Below, in pieces: positions 1-10,133 of a DNA stretch of 64,000 nucleotides (its first letter is position 1; each line of letters opens with the position of its first letter). A program made the position numbers and the translations under genes. The notes beneath the pieces are model-generated. The model saw nothing but the letters and a program-made list of their open reading frames with translations. It made no database searches and had not been told where the DNA came from. The stretch lies in assembly GCA_964512835.1 (NCBI GenBank), contig CAZELA010000001.1:361372-425371 (forward strand), read 5' to 3'. Origin of the DNA: an uncultured Candidatus Saccharibacteria bacterium. GTDB lineage: Bacteria; Patescibacteriota; Minisyncoccia; Phycocordibacterales; UBA2100.

Positions 1-948
1 CAGCAACGGCCTGTCGGAGTTTCTGCAACAAACGCCATCACCACGCTCGGTGGTCTGAACACAAAAGCAACAACGCATGTAACGGCGATCGCTTCGGATT
101 CTTCATCGGTGACTTCGGGCAAGCAGTCAGTTACAAGTTCGGCACGTTCGATTACGGAAAAACAGCAGTCACTCGCTGACATTCAGGACGGGGCTGATGA
201 GCTTGATATCAAAAGTGCCGAATTGACCGTCATGCAACGGGAAAATGCGGTTCTTGACGCTCAGGCGGCGCTCTCCGACTACACGATTCGCTCGCCGTTT
301 GCAGGAACAGTCGCGAACGTAGCTGCTAAAAGCGGACAAAAGATATCGAACGGCGGCGCAGTTGCGACGATTGTTACCGAGCGCAAAATAGCAACGCTTT
401 CACTAAACGAGGTCGATGCCACAAAAGTCGCGCTCGGCGACAAGGCGACGCTTACATTTGACGCAGTCGAGGATCTGACCCTGACCGGTAGTGTCGACGA
501 AATTGATACCGTCGGCACCGTTACGCAGGGGGTCGTAAGTTATACGGTAAAGGTTTCTTTTGATGCTCAGGACGAGCGGATCAAACCGGGGATGACCGTA
601 AATGCTGCAATCATCACTGATTCCAAGACCGATGTGCTCTCGGTGCCGTCATCGGCCGTTAAGACGCAAAACGGTTCATCTTATGTGCTTGTATTTACCC
701 CGCCGCTTACCGAGGCCGGTAGTGCGACCGGCATCACGTCGAAGACCGAGCCTGAGCGTGTAACCGTACAAACGGGTATTTCAGATGATGTCACGGTTGA
801 AATTCTTTCCGGACTTGAAGAGGGTCAACAAATCGTGACGCGTACCACAACCGCGACGGCAAGTTCGGCCACCGCCTCGGCGCGCACCTCAGGCGGGACG
901 ACGCGCACGAGTGCCGGCGGACCACCCGGCGGCGGAATTCGCTTTTAG
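1..948 (+). CDS. efflux transporter periplasmic adaptor subunit (MacA/HlyD family), 5'-partial
   Basis: Reading frame is open from base 1 with no upstream stop. C-terminal beta-barrel/MP domain motifs of membrane-fusion proteins (IRSPFAGTV...VLSVPSSAV). Precedes an ABC ATPase plus FtsX permease. Low-complexity T/S/G-rich tail. Confidence 0.75.
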   Translation, partial: QQRPVGVSATNAITTLGGLNTKATTHVTAIASDSSSVTSGKQSVTSSARSITEKQQSLADIQDGADELDIKSAELTVMQRENAVLDAQAALSDYTIRSPFAGTVANVAAKSGQKISNGGAVATIVTERKIATLSLNEVDATKVALGDKATLTFDAVEDLTLTGSVDEIDTVGTVTQGVVSYTVKVSFDAQDERIKPGMTVNAAIITDSKTDVLSVPSSAVKTQNGSSYVLVFTPPLTEAGSATGITSKTEPERVTVQTGISDDVTVEILSGLEEGQQIVTRTTTATASSATASARTSGGTTRTSAGGPPGGGIRF

Positions 949-959
949 GCTGCTCGAGT

Positions 960-1673
960 ATGCTCGAAGCAACCAACATCAGAAAAACATACGGCTCGGG
1001 TGACACCGCGTTCGAGGCGCTCAAGGGCGTGAGCTTTACTATTAACGACGGCGAATTCGTCGCCATTATGGGCCCGTCGGGATCAGGCAAATCGACATTG
1101 ATGCACATACTAGGTTGTCTCGACACGCCGACATCAGGAACGTACCTGCTCGACGGAAAAGACGTATCGCAGTTGGGCGACGACGAGCTTGCAGACATTA
1201 GAAAAGACAACATCGGATTTGTGTTCCAGGCGTTTAACCTGTTGCCGCGCACAACCGTTCTCAGAAACGTAATGTTACCCCTCGTCTACGCGGGCATGGA
1301 GGAAGCCGAGCGCGAGAAGCGCGCCGCGCAGGCGCTGTATGCGGCAGGGATGACGGATACACATTTTCAGCACAAAAGTAATCAGATTTCCGGCGGTCAG
1401 ATCCAGCGCGTTGCAATCGCGCGCGCTCTTGTAAATAATCCGACGCTTATTCTTGCGGACGAACCGACCGGAAATCTTGATACGAAGACGGGCACTATTG
1501 TACTCGGCACGTTTCAGCATTTGAACCGTGAACTCGGTCGAACTATTGTGCTTATTACGCACGAGCCCGATGTGGCCGAACATGCAGAGCGCATCATCAC
1601 GATCCGCGACGGGGTGATTGTGTCTGACAAAAAAACGCACGCGCGCCGCCATGCGCATAATGGAATCGTATGA
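960..1673 (+). CDS. ABC transporter ATP-binding protein (MacB/LolD-type)
   Basis: Walker [13 protein letters not shown] signature LSGGQ, Walker [12 protein letters not shown]. Overlaps the downstream permease by 4 nt. Confidence 0.9.
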   Translation: MLEATNIRKTYGSGDTAFEALKGVSFTINDGEFVAIMGPSGSGKSTLMHILGCLDTPTSGTYLLDGKDVSQLGDDELADIRKDNIGFVFQAFNLLPRTTVLRNVMLPLVYAGMEEAEREKRAAQALYAAGMTDTHFQHKSNQISGGQIQRVAIARALVNNPTLILADEPTGNLDTKTGTIVLGTFQHLNRELGRTIVLITHEPDVAEHAERIITIRDGVIVSDKKTHARRHAHNGIV

Positions 1674-2890
1674 AGATCAACGACCTCGTACACGAGACAT
1701 ACAGTGCGCTCTCCGCAAACAAGGTGCGCTCAGGACTGACGATACTCGGTATCGTCATCGGTATTTCGTCGGTGATCGCCATGGTGTCGATCGGTACCGG
1801 TGCATCCAAAAGCATCTCCTCAAGCATTGAATCGCTCGGATCAAATCTGATCCAGGTACTTCCCGGGGCCTCGCGCGGCGGCCAGGGATTCGGCGCCTCC
1901 GGGGGCCGCGGTAATGCAAAGACGCTTACGATTGATGACGCCAAAGCGATCGAAGGTGTGGCTGATGTAAAGGCGGTCGACCCGGAAGTTACGGGCCGAT
2001 ACCAGATTACCGCAAAGGGAACAAACACGAATACGACGGTTAACGGCGTTTCGAGCACCTATCCCGATATTCGGAATCTCCAGATTGCCGAGGGGTCGTT
2101 TATCTCCGACTCACAGAATCTTTCTGCGGCGAAGGTTGCCGTGTTGGGACCGACAACCCGAAACGACCTGTTCGGCGAAGGCACTGAAAGTGTCGGTCAA
2201 TCGATCCGCATAAAAGGTATCGAATTCAAGGTTATCGGCGTCACTGTCGCAAAAGGAGGAAGCGGATTCACGAATCAGGACGACATGATTTATATTCCGG
2301 TCACGAGCGCTCAGCGCTATTTTTCGGGGGACAAGTATCTGACGACTATCGCGGTACAGGCGGAGACATCTGAAAGCATGTCGCAGGTGCAGGCGGACAT
2401 CACGGCGTTATTGCTTGATCGACATCATCTGGATGAGGCAAGTGCGGATTTCAGTATTTTTAATCAGAATGACATTCTCTCGTCAGCCTCGTCGATCACC
2501 GCAACGCTGACGTACTTGCTCGCCGCAATCGGCGGCATATCGCTCTTAGTGGGCGGTATCGGGATCATGAATATGATGCTTACTACCGTGACGGAGCGGA
2601 CGCGCGAGATTGGTTTGCGCAAGGCAATCGGTGCGCGCAAAGCGGATATCAGTGCGCAATTTTTGGCGGAAGCGGTCGCACTGACCGTTGTCGGGGGCGT
2701 CATTGGTATCGCGCTCGGCTGGGGTATCTCGTTGCTCGTGAACCTCACCGGAGTCGTGCAGACGAGTGTTTCGATGTCGTCGATCGCCCTCGCGTTCGGC
2801 GTATCAGCAGCGATCGGTATAGTGTTCGGCTACTACCCGGCACGACGCGCCGCGGGACTCAACCCGATCGAAGCCCTGCGGTACGAATAA
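1670..2890 (+). CDS. ABC transporter permease, FtsX/MacB family
   Basis: N-terminal TM helix, large periplasmic domain, C-terminal FtsX-like 3-TM bundle. Operon context with adaptor and ATPase. Confidence 0.85.
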   Translation: MKINDLVHETYSALSANKVRSGLTILGIVIGISSVIAMVSIGTGASKSISSSIESLGSNLIQVLPGASRGGQGFGASGGRGNAKTLTIDDAKAIEGVADVKAVDPEVTGRYQITAKGTNTNTTVNGVSSTYPDIRNLQIAEGSFISDSQNLSAAKVAVLGPTTRNDLFGEGTESVGQSIRIKGIEFKVIGVTVAKGGSGFTNQDDMIYIPVTSAQRYFSGDKYLTTIAVQAETSESMSQVQADITALLLDRHHLDEASADFSIFNQNDILSSASSITATLTYLLAAIGGISLLVGGIGIMNMMLTTVTERTREIGLRKAIGARKADISAQFLAEAVALTVVGGVIGIALGWGISLLVNLTGVVQTSVSMSSIALAFGVSAAIGIVFGYYPARRAAGLNPIEALRYE

Positions 2891-2910
2891 TTACAAGTAA
2901 CACACATTGT

Positions 2911-3333
2911 ATGTATGCAAAAAGTCTCATTATCGGAGTAGTGATCGGTGGCGCAGTATTCGGCGGTAGCGGGTACTTCATCGCGACTCAACAGTCGTCG
3001 TCTCAAAATTCTCGCCAATTTGCAGGAGGTCAAGGCGTCGGCCAATTCAGAGGAGCACGCGGTGGTGCCGCCGGGAACGGTACGTTCGGAGCAATCATCG
3101 CGAAGGACGAGAAATCTATTACGGTGAAGGATCAAGCCGGTAGTACGAGGATCGTTCTTCTCGCGGAAAGTTCTCAGATAAACAAAACGGCAACCGGAAC
3201 GGTCGCGGATCTATCAATCGGAACGAACGTTATGGTTACCGGCGAGGCAAATCAGGACGGTAGTCTGACGGCGCAATTTGTACAAATCCGACCCGCAGGA
3301 GGGCAAGGATTCGCACCGCGTGCGACACAATAA
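2911..3333 (+). CDS. hypothetical membrane-anchored protein, DUF5666-like beta domain
   Basis: N-terminal TM, Gly-rich linker, then a TVKDQ...TGEANQDGSLTA module resembling the repeats in the next gene. Confidence 0.5.
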   Translation: MYAKSLIIGVVIGGAVFGGSGYFIATQQSSSQNSRQFAGGQGVGQFRGARGGAAGNGTFGAIIAKDEKSITVKDQAGSTRIVLLAESSQINKTATGTVADLSIGTNVMVTGEANQDGSLTAQFVQIRPAGGQGFAPRATQ

Positions 3334-3435
3334 TAAGTCGTAGAGGTCAAGACGAGGTCGGTAATTGATGCGCTTCAGGTTCGTCTCATGAGGGTACGGC
3401 AGCAATGCTGTGCACTTATAAGATAGAACTCAAAC

Positions 3436-4167
3436 ATGAATATAATTACCTCTAAGTTCATTGCCTCCGGCGTTATAGCCGCGACGCTGCTTACGGCGGC
3501 GCCGGCATTCGCAGATTCCGGTAACGGCAACAACGGCCTCCATCGAGGTGTATTTGCAAAAATCCTCAAGGAAAACCGACAGGATCGGCGCGAAGACCGG
3601 AAGGACGATCGCAACGAAAAGAAGCATGCGACCTCAACGACTGCGACGACAACCAAGTCATTTGTGGTCGAAGGCACGCTCACTGCTATCAACGGCACGA
3701 CGCTTACGGTCCAGGGACCGCGCGGCGCAGTCTATACGGTGAACGGATCCGGTGCAGCATTCGTCGGTCATGAGAATGTCGCCATCGGCTTGAATGCCTT
3801 CAAGGTGAACGACAAGGTCGCCGTGACCGGTACGCTTTCAGGTTCGACCATCATCGCAACCAAAGTGAAAGATAAGTCTGACATGTCGGGCAAGGTGTCC
3901 CAAGCCTTTAAGGCAGGAATCGTGACCGGCATTAACGGTACTACCGTTACAATCGGTAACTTCGGCTCAACCGGAACCACGACCTTCGTGACGAATTCGT
4001 CGACGAAGTACAAGGTGAACGGTACCGCCGCAAGCTCAAGCGCGCTTTCGCTCGGTTCGCATGTGCTCGTGCTCGGTACAACAAGCGCAGGCTCGACCTC
4101 GGTTAACGCATCCGTCGTTGTGATCCTCACGGAGGGACTCAACTGGATACGTCACTTCTGGCGATAA
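3436..4167 (+). CDS. secreted hypothetical protein with two DUF5666-like repeats
   Basis: Signal peptide (AAPAFA/DS), charged KR/D-rich linker, two internally repeated ~70 aa beta-rich modules (TLTAINGTTLTVQG... / IVTGINGTTVTIGN...). Confidence 0.5.
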   Translation: MNIITSKFIASGVIAATLLTAAPAFADSGNGNNGLHRGVFAKILKENRQDRREDRKDDRNEKKHATSTTATTTKSFVVEGTLTAINGTTLTVQGPRGAVYTVNGSGAAFVGHENVAIGLNAFKVNDKVAVTGTLSGSTIIATKVKDKSDMSGKVSQAFKAGIVTGINGTTVTIGNFGSTGTTTFVTNSSTKYKVNGTAASSSALSLGSHVLVLGTTSAGSTSVNASVVVILTEGLNWIRHFWR

Positions 4168-4190
4168 TATTGTTCGCAGCTGAACGATAC

Positions 4191-4220
4191 AAAACGATCC
4201 CGAACGGGGTCGTTTTGTAT
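4191..4220 (+). terminator. rho-independent terminator
   Basis: Hairpin aaaacgatccc-gaac-ggggtcgtttt followed by a U-run, downstream of the 3436..4167 gene. Confidence 0.6.
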
Positions 4221-4239
4221 TGGTATACTTGTGGCACGT

Positions 4240-4941
4240 ATGAAATGGCTGATCGCGATCGTACTCGTCGCACTTGTTGTGATCGGCTACACGGTATTTT
4301 CGTTTACGCGTAAAGTCGGTGTATCAACCGCGCTTATTCGAAACACCATCCCGTACACCCTTAAGGGACCCGGAACAATATCGGTACTCGTACTCGGAGA
4401 CAGTACAGCGGTCGGAGTAGGGGCGCGCGTCAAAGAGGAATCGCTCGCGGCACTTTTCGCGGATGCGGTGCATGCAACGAATGTGGAGAACCGCGCCATT
4501 TCGGGAGCGCGTATCGCGGATATTCCCGCAGAGATAGAAACGGCCACTGGGCGTTCGTATACGTATATTCTGCTTGGCGTCGGTGCAAACGATATCGTCC
4601 GCTTCAAAAACGCCGAAACGGCAGGTGAGGAGCTCGCGCAATCGCTTCGCATACTTCCGGAGCATCAGCATCTCATCGTCTATATGGCCGGCAATGTCGG
4701 CGGCACGCAATTGTTTCCCTTTATTCTCAATGGCGCGTATCTAAATCTGACCGTGAAGTACCACGGCATCTTTAAAACGAAGGTTGAGGAAGCCGGAGGC
4801 GTCTACATCGACTTGTACGAAGACCCCGATACGGACCCGTTTATCCGTGACCCCGAGCGCTACTTCGCTGCAGACGGATTCCACCCTTCATCGGCCGGAT
4901 ACCGGGTATGGTTCGAAAAGATCGTCCCTGTGCTAGAGTGA
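4240..4941 (+). CDS. SGNH/GDSL hydrolase family protein
   Basis: Signal anchor. GDS block (VLVLGDSTAVGVGA), GANDI block and C-terminal DGFHP (DxxH) catalytic motif. TGgTATACT extended -10 lies 10 nt upstream of this ATG, so ATG 4240 is preferred over the track's GTG 4231. Confidence 0.7.
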   Translation: MKWLIAIVLVALVVIGYTVFSFTRKVGVSTALIRNTIPYTLKGPGTISVLVLGDSTAVGVGARVKEESLAALFADAVHATNVENRAISGARIADIPAEIETATGRSYTYILLGVGANDIVRFKNAETAGEELAQSLRILPEHQHLIVYMAGNVGGTQLFPFILNGAYLNLTVKYHGIFKTKVEEAGGVYIDLYEDPDTDPFIRDPERYFAADGFHPSSAGYRVWFEKIVPVLE

Positions 4942-4948
4942 CCCCCTT

Positions 4949-6004
4949 ATGTTGATAGATGATGTAACAATCCGACTCATAGCCGGCAGCGGCGGTAACG
5001 GCGCCGTTGCGTTCAATAAGACCCGACTGAACCTTGGTCCCGTGGGCGGAGACGGCGGTCGCGGCGGCAACATCTATTTGGAAGGCGTTTCTAATATCGA
5101 CGCCCTGCAATTCTTTGCCGCGAAAAAAGAGATCAAGGCAAAATCGGGAGAGAACGGCCGCGGTCAGTTCGTGGACGGCACCGCCGGATCTGATCTCGTG
5201 CTGTATGTGCCGGCAGGCACTATTGTGCGTAATGTCGATTCCGGCTTCGAAAAGCACATCACAAAAGTCGGTGAGCGCATCCTTGCAGCCGGCGGCGGTC
5301 GCGGGGGTCGCGGTAACTATAAATTTCGATCTTCGACCAACACGACCCCAAAAGAGGCTGAAGAGGGAACGCCAGGGGATGTTGTCGATTACCAATTGGA
5401 ACTTCGCCTCATTGCCGACGTCGGGTTTGTCGGTCTTCCGAACGTCGGTAAATCGTCGCTGCTTAATGAGCTGACTAATGCAAAAAGTAAGGTTGCCAAT
5501 TACCAGTTCACGACGCTGGAGCCGCATCTCGGAGCGTATTACGGACTGGTGCTCGCGGATATTCCCGGATTGATCGAGGGGGCGAGCGACGGCAAGGGGC
5601 TGGGAATGAAATTTTTGCGACACATAGCCCGCACAAAGACCTTGTTTCATTTTCTAGCCGCCGACAGCGAGGATGTCTATGCCGACTATACGACGGTTCG
5701 CGCTGAGCTTGCCGCCTACAGCGAAGAGTTGGCAGAAAAACCCGAACATGTGTTCCTTTCGAAATCTGACGCAGTATCCGAAGAAGATCTTGCAAAAAAA
5801 CTTGCGTCCCTGAAAAAGAAAAAAATTAACGCAACACCGCTTTCACTGCTTGATCCCGCATCCATCGACCATGTGAAAAAGGTCCTCAATGCCATCCAGG
5901 CGGAAAAGACTCATGACGAGGAGGCTGAGGCCGCAAAGCTGGCTGCCGAGGAAGCGGCACGACGGGCGGCTGAAGAGGAAGAGGACTCGAAGCGCGACTG
6001 GTAA
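4949..6004 (+). CDS. obg: GTPase Obg
   Basis: Gly-rich Obg fold N-terminus (GGDGGRGGNIY, GGGRGGRGN). G1 GLPNVGKSS, DIPGLIEGA. Acidic/Ala-rich C-terminal tail. Confidence 0.9.
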   Translation: MLIDDVTIRLIAGSGGNGAVAFNKTRLNLGPVGGDGGRGGNIYLEGVSNIDALQFFAAKKEIKAKSGENGRGQFVDGTAGSDLVLYVPAGTIVRNVDSGFEKHITKVGERILAAGGGRGGRGNYKFRSSTNTTPKEAEEGTPGDVVDYQLELRLIADVGFVGLPNVGKSSLLNELTNAKSKVANYQFTTLEPHLGAYYGLVLADIPGLIEGASDGKGLGMKFLRHIARTKTLFHFLAADSEDVYADYTTVRAELAAYSEELAEKPEHVFLSKSDAVSEEDLAKKLASLKKKKINATPLSLLDPASIDHVKKVLNAIQAEKTHDEEAEAAKLAAEEAARRAAEEEEDSKRDW

Positions 6005-6022
6005 GGGTGGAGGAGATTCTAT

Positions 6023-6802
6023 TTACGCAACGCGCGTCGTGTATACGACCAGCCGATGTGTGTACGTGCTTCCGTCCGTTGTAGGCTCACCGGCACACGT
6101 GATGAGATTCAGTCGGCGACCGTCCTTTTTGCCGAACAGCATTCCGGATGTCAGTTCACCGAGTTGATACACGCGACTGTCGTTCACGGTGAACGTCAGT
6201 CGCTCTCCTGCGGAGTTTTCTACGTAGACCTCGCTACCCACTTTCAAGTATCGTAGCTTCTCGAAAGCAGCGTAGACGTGCGCATCGATGACGGCACTAC
6301 CGATATTGCCGGGAATCGTACCGCCCCTGTACCACCCGACGTCAGTTGAGTTTCCGTCCGGGACATCCATTTCGCCCTTTTCGTTGAGGCCGACCGACTC
6401 GATCGGGGCATTGAGTCCGATCGAGGGGATGATGAGTCTCACCGGATGAGCAGTGACTTTGCCGAGTGATTTTTGGACGACGACTGTGGCAGGAGTGGCT
6501 TTGCGCGCAGCTTCTTCCGCTTCGATCACGGAAGCGGATGATGTACCGGACGTCGCAAATGTGAGCACGCTCGGAACCTCAATCAATGAGATGATGTTGA
6601 TATTCTTAAACGGGATGCCCGGGGTCGTTATCGGCTCGCTCTCGGGTATTGTATCCGCTGCGGCCTTAACCGTTTGTACTCGAACCGTGTACGGCGACGA
6701 CAGATACGCTGCGACAGAAAAAGCGAAGACGAATGAAAGGGTGAGTGAAATAAGAAGTGATCGTTCTGATTTCTGCATGAATCCGATCGTAAGCGACTTC
6801 AT
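6023..6802 (-). CDS. sortase family transpeptidase
   Basis: N-terminal signal anchor. Conserved His (VIDAHV), catalytic LNLITC motif (TLxTC) and downstream Arg (LVVYTTR). The track's 5' extension runs into the terminator hairpin, so start chosen at ATG 6802. Confidence 0.5.
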   Translation of the reverse strand: MKSLTIGFMQKSERSLLISLTLSFVFAFSVAAYLSSPYTVRVQTVKAAADTIPESEPITTPGIPFKNINIISLIEVPSVLTFATSGTSSASVIEAEEAARKATPATVVVQKSLGKVTAHPVRLIIPSIGLNAPIESVGLNEKGEMDVPDGNSTDVGWYRGGTIPGNIGSAVIDAHVYAAFEKLRYLKVGSEVYVENSAGERLTFTVNDSRVYQLGELTSGMLFGKKDGRRLNLITCAGEPTTDGSTYTHRLVVYTTRVA

Positions 6803-6834
6803 CTGCTTCGCCAAATTTTCATGAATTGTGCATA

Positions 6835-6868
6835 ACAAAAAATCGCACACGGAGTGTGCGATTTTTTT
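6835..6868. terminator. bidirectional rho-independent terminator
   Basis: aaaaaatcgcacac-ggag-gtgtgcgattttttt: perfect 10 bp stem flanked by an A-run and a T-run. Lies just downstream of the minus-strand gene 6881..7390. Confidence 0.7.
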
Positions 6869-6880
6869 GATGCAATTATT

Positions 6881-7390
6881 TTACTGCTCGGTGCCTGCGT
6901 TCTGAGAGTCCGTGATGCCCTCGGCGCCCTTGCACGCCTTTACGGATTCCTTATACGTCTTCCACGAGCTTTCTTTGTTTTTCTGCCACGTCAGCTTTGC
7001 GCCCTTTGTTGCGGTTGCGAAATCGCTCCACGCCTTTTTTACAGCGGTCTTTACGGCTGTTGCGTCTGTCCCTGTATATGCGGCGGTCAACGCTGCGGCT
7101 CGGGCGGTATATGCGGCAGCGACGGCCTGAGTTTGGAGTGCTGCTCCTGTTGAGAGCGAGGTCTCTCGTGCGGAGACGGCTGCGGCAACGCAGGCGATGT
7201 CGACTATCTTATCTCCCGCGCCGTCTCTCATTGCGCGCGAGGTAGAGGCGGGCCGTTCATTCATCGGCGCTTTTCCTCGTTCATGCATTACGGCGCCCGA
7301 TGAGGAGCCCATGATAAAAAGCGAACCAAGTGCTGCAGCGAGCCACGCTTTCATAAAAAATGACTGTTGATCTACCCTTTGATATCTCAT
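6881..7390 (-). CDS. hypothetical secreted Ala-rich protein
   Basis: Signal peptide. Ala/Thr-rich, helical low-complexity repeats. No recognisable domain. Confidence 0.45.
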   Translation of the reverse strand: MRYQRVDQQSFFMKAWLAAALGSLFIMGSSSGAVMHERGKAPMNERPASTSRAMRDGAGDKIVDIACVAAAVSARETSLSTGAALQTQAVAAAYTARAAALTAAYTGTDATAVKTAVKKAWSDFATATKGAKLTWQKNKESSWKTYKESVKACKGAEGITDSQNAGTEQ

Positions 7391-7483
7391 CAGTGTATCC
7401 CGATATACAGCGCCGGTTCATGCGTCTGTGTATAAGCGCGCGATATACTTATGCAGAACGACCGCACCATGCGGCATTTCTCT

Positions 7484-10109
7484 CATGACTTTTTATCGAC
7501 CCCTACACACTGAAACCGATCTGCCCGACACGTTCCCGTGGGCTCATACACAGAGTGAGGTATTGGCGATACTCCGGTCCGGGGAGAACGGTCTTACCGA
7601 AGAAGACGCACTCAAGCGACTCTCTGTGTTCGGTGAGAACGAGATCCGTGCGCGAAAGCACACGCAAGCAATCATCATACTGGGCCGACAGTTTATGAGT
7701 CCGCTCATTTTTATTCTGGTTGCGGCCGCAGCTATAACGATCGTGCTCAATGAGCTCGTCGAGACGTTTGTGATCGTGCTCGCGGTCGTCGTCAACGCAG
7801 GGCTCGGGTTCTATCAGGAATATCGCGCCGAAAATACGCTTGAGCGTCTGGAAGTCTATATGCGTGAGCGTGCCCGTGTCATCCGCGCCGGCCATGAGCA
7901 CGAGATAGAATCCTCATACTTGGTGCCGGGCGATCTTGTCCGCCTATCGCTCGGTAATCGAGTTCCCGCAGACGTTCGAATCGTAAGCGAAACGGGCCTC
8001 TATGTTGATGAATCATTTTTGACCGGCGAGTCCATGCCCGTTCAAAAGCATACCGATATGGTCTCGGAGGGTGCGCAGGTAACCGAGCGCACCAACATGG
8101 CATTTGCCGGTGCGCTGGTCGTGGAAGGCTCGGCGACGGCGGTTGTCGTAGGGACAGGTAAGCATACGGAGATCGGCCGAATCGCCGAGCTCGTGAGTAT
8201 TTCACACGACGAGGCAACACCCTTGCAGCGATCACTATCAAATCTTGCGTGGGTAATCTTCGGCGGAGTATTTGCGATAGTTACGGGACTCTTTTTTCTT
8301 GGCATCTCCCGTGGGGAGCCCATATTGGAAATGCTTTTGCTTGCCGTTGCAACGGCAATCGGTGCGGTTCCCGAAGCGTTACCGATTGCGTTGACCGTCA
8401 TCCTCGCGGTCGGGGTAGAACGCATCGCCGCTCGGCGGGGGATTATGCGATCGCTCGCCGCCGCCGAAACACTGGGTTCCACAACCATCGTCATGACCGA
8501 CAAGACCGGTACTCTTACGCAGGCAAAGATGCAGGTCACCGCGATCCTTTCCAAGCATCAGCTCGTGCGAGGGCTGCTTGATTCCGAGCACGCAACCGAC
8601 GAAAAGCAGCTTCTTTCTGATGCCTTGCTTGCGACCGAAGCAACACTTGAAAACTCATCCGTTGAGCGGAGTGCATGGGCGTTCATTGGGAGGCCCTTGG
8701 AGAAAAATATTGCTCTGGCCGCGAACGCAGCAGGGCTCGACGTTCTTTCGCTGACGACGACGCGTCGCGAAACAGTCCTGCCGTTCAACTCGACCAATAA
8801 ATTTTCCGCGGCTCGAGACGCGAAAACCGGACATGTTGTCGCCCTTGGTGCACCCGATGTGCTTTTGCAGCACGCGGATGTCACGAAGGATGAATATATT
8901 GCGATCGAATCAATGATCAGGAAGCTGAGCGAAGAGGGAAAGCGGCTCGTCGGAGTTGCCCGCATCGAGGCGCCGGGTCGAAAGAAGATTGATTTCGACA
9001 AAGTGAATAACATGTCATTCACGGGAATCATTGTTCTGTATGATCCGATCAGGCCGGATGCCAAGGACGCGGTTTCGCGGATCGAAAACAAGGGTGCGCG
9101 GGTTGTCATGCTGACGGGTGATCTGAAAGGTACCGCGATGGCTATGGGGCGGGAGCTTGGCTGGGACGTGACGGAGGCGAACGTTATGACGGGAGCCGAG
9201 ATTCGGCAGCTCTCCGATCTTGAGCTTGAGGCTCGCCTTCCGCTCATCAAAATCTGCGCGCGTGTCACACCCGAGGATAAACTGCGCATCGGAAAGCTAT
9301 TTCAGGAACGCGGGGAGGTTGTTGCCATGACGGGAGACGGCGTCAACGACGCTCCGTCTTTGAAAGCGGTGAACATCGGTATAGCGCTGGGTTCCGGCAC
9401 GGATGTAGCAAAGAGTGCGGCGGACCTTGTGCTTTTGGACGACAGTTTTGAGACGATTGTGCTTGCAATCGAAGAGGGCAGGCGGATCATTTCGAGTATA
9501 CGAAAAACATTTGTCTACCTGATGTCGAACTGTCTCGACGAAGTGTTTCTGATCGGAGGTGCGCTCATTTTGTCGCTCCCGCTGCCGCTCTCGGCAATAC
9601 AGATTATTTGGGTCAATTTCTTCACGGGTTCGCTACCGGCGCTCGCATTCGCGTTTGAAGAAAATCGGGATGTCGGCATAGAGCGCTCACATCGTGCGAT
9701 ATTCAGTCGCGAAGTGCAGTACATAACGTTTGGAGTGGGCATCCTTACTTCATACTTACTGTTCGTTCTCTACGCCGGCCTGCTGCATTTCGGGGTGCCG
9801 CTTGATGTGACGCGCACCGTCCTCTTTTTGAGTTTTGCAGGCTACATTCTCATTATTTCGTACTCAATAAAAAGTCTGCATTCCGGATTGTTCAGCTATC
9901 CGCTTTTTGATAATCGGGCGTTGAACTGGGGAGTCGGCTCGGCGGTTCTTCTGCTCACGCTTTCGATGCTGGTTCCGTTTTTGCGAGATCTGCTCGATCT
10001 GGTATTGATCCCGCCGATATGGCTCGCATTCGTGGCGGCGTGGCTCATATTCAATGTGAGCCTCGTTGAGGGGGCGAAATGGATGTTCAGGCATTTCCAC
10101 ACCGAATAA
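7484..10109 (+). CDS. cation-transporting P-type ATPase (type II, Ca2+/Mg2+-like)
   Basis: DKTGTLT phosphorylation motif, TGDGVNDAPSL hinge, TGES actuator motif, 8-10 TM. First in-frame ATG is at 7484; the track's extension starts at a GTG. Confidence 0.85.
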
Positions 10110-10133
10110 GGACACAATTGCTATACTGAACAT

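Noticed and set aside
4841-5650. 269-aa antisense ORF inside obg; similar long antisense ORFs inside carB (37691..38527), the RND permease (16065..16778), the P-type ATPase (8558..9289) and at 44073..44903
   Set aside because: All lie opposite confidently identified genes. They have Arg/Ser-rich low-complexity translations typical of spurious ORFs in high-GC DNA and no recognisable domains.
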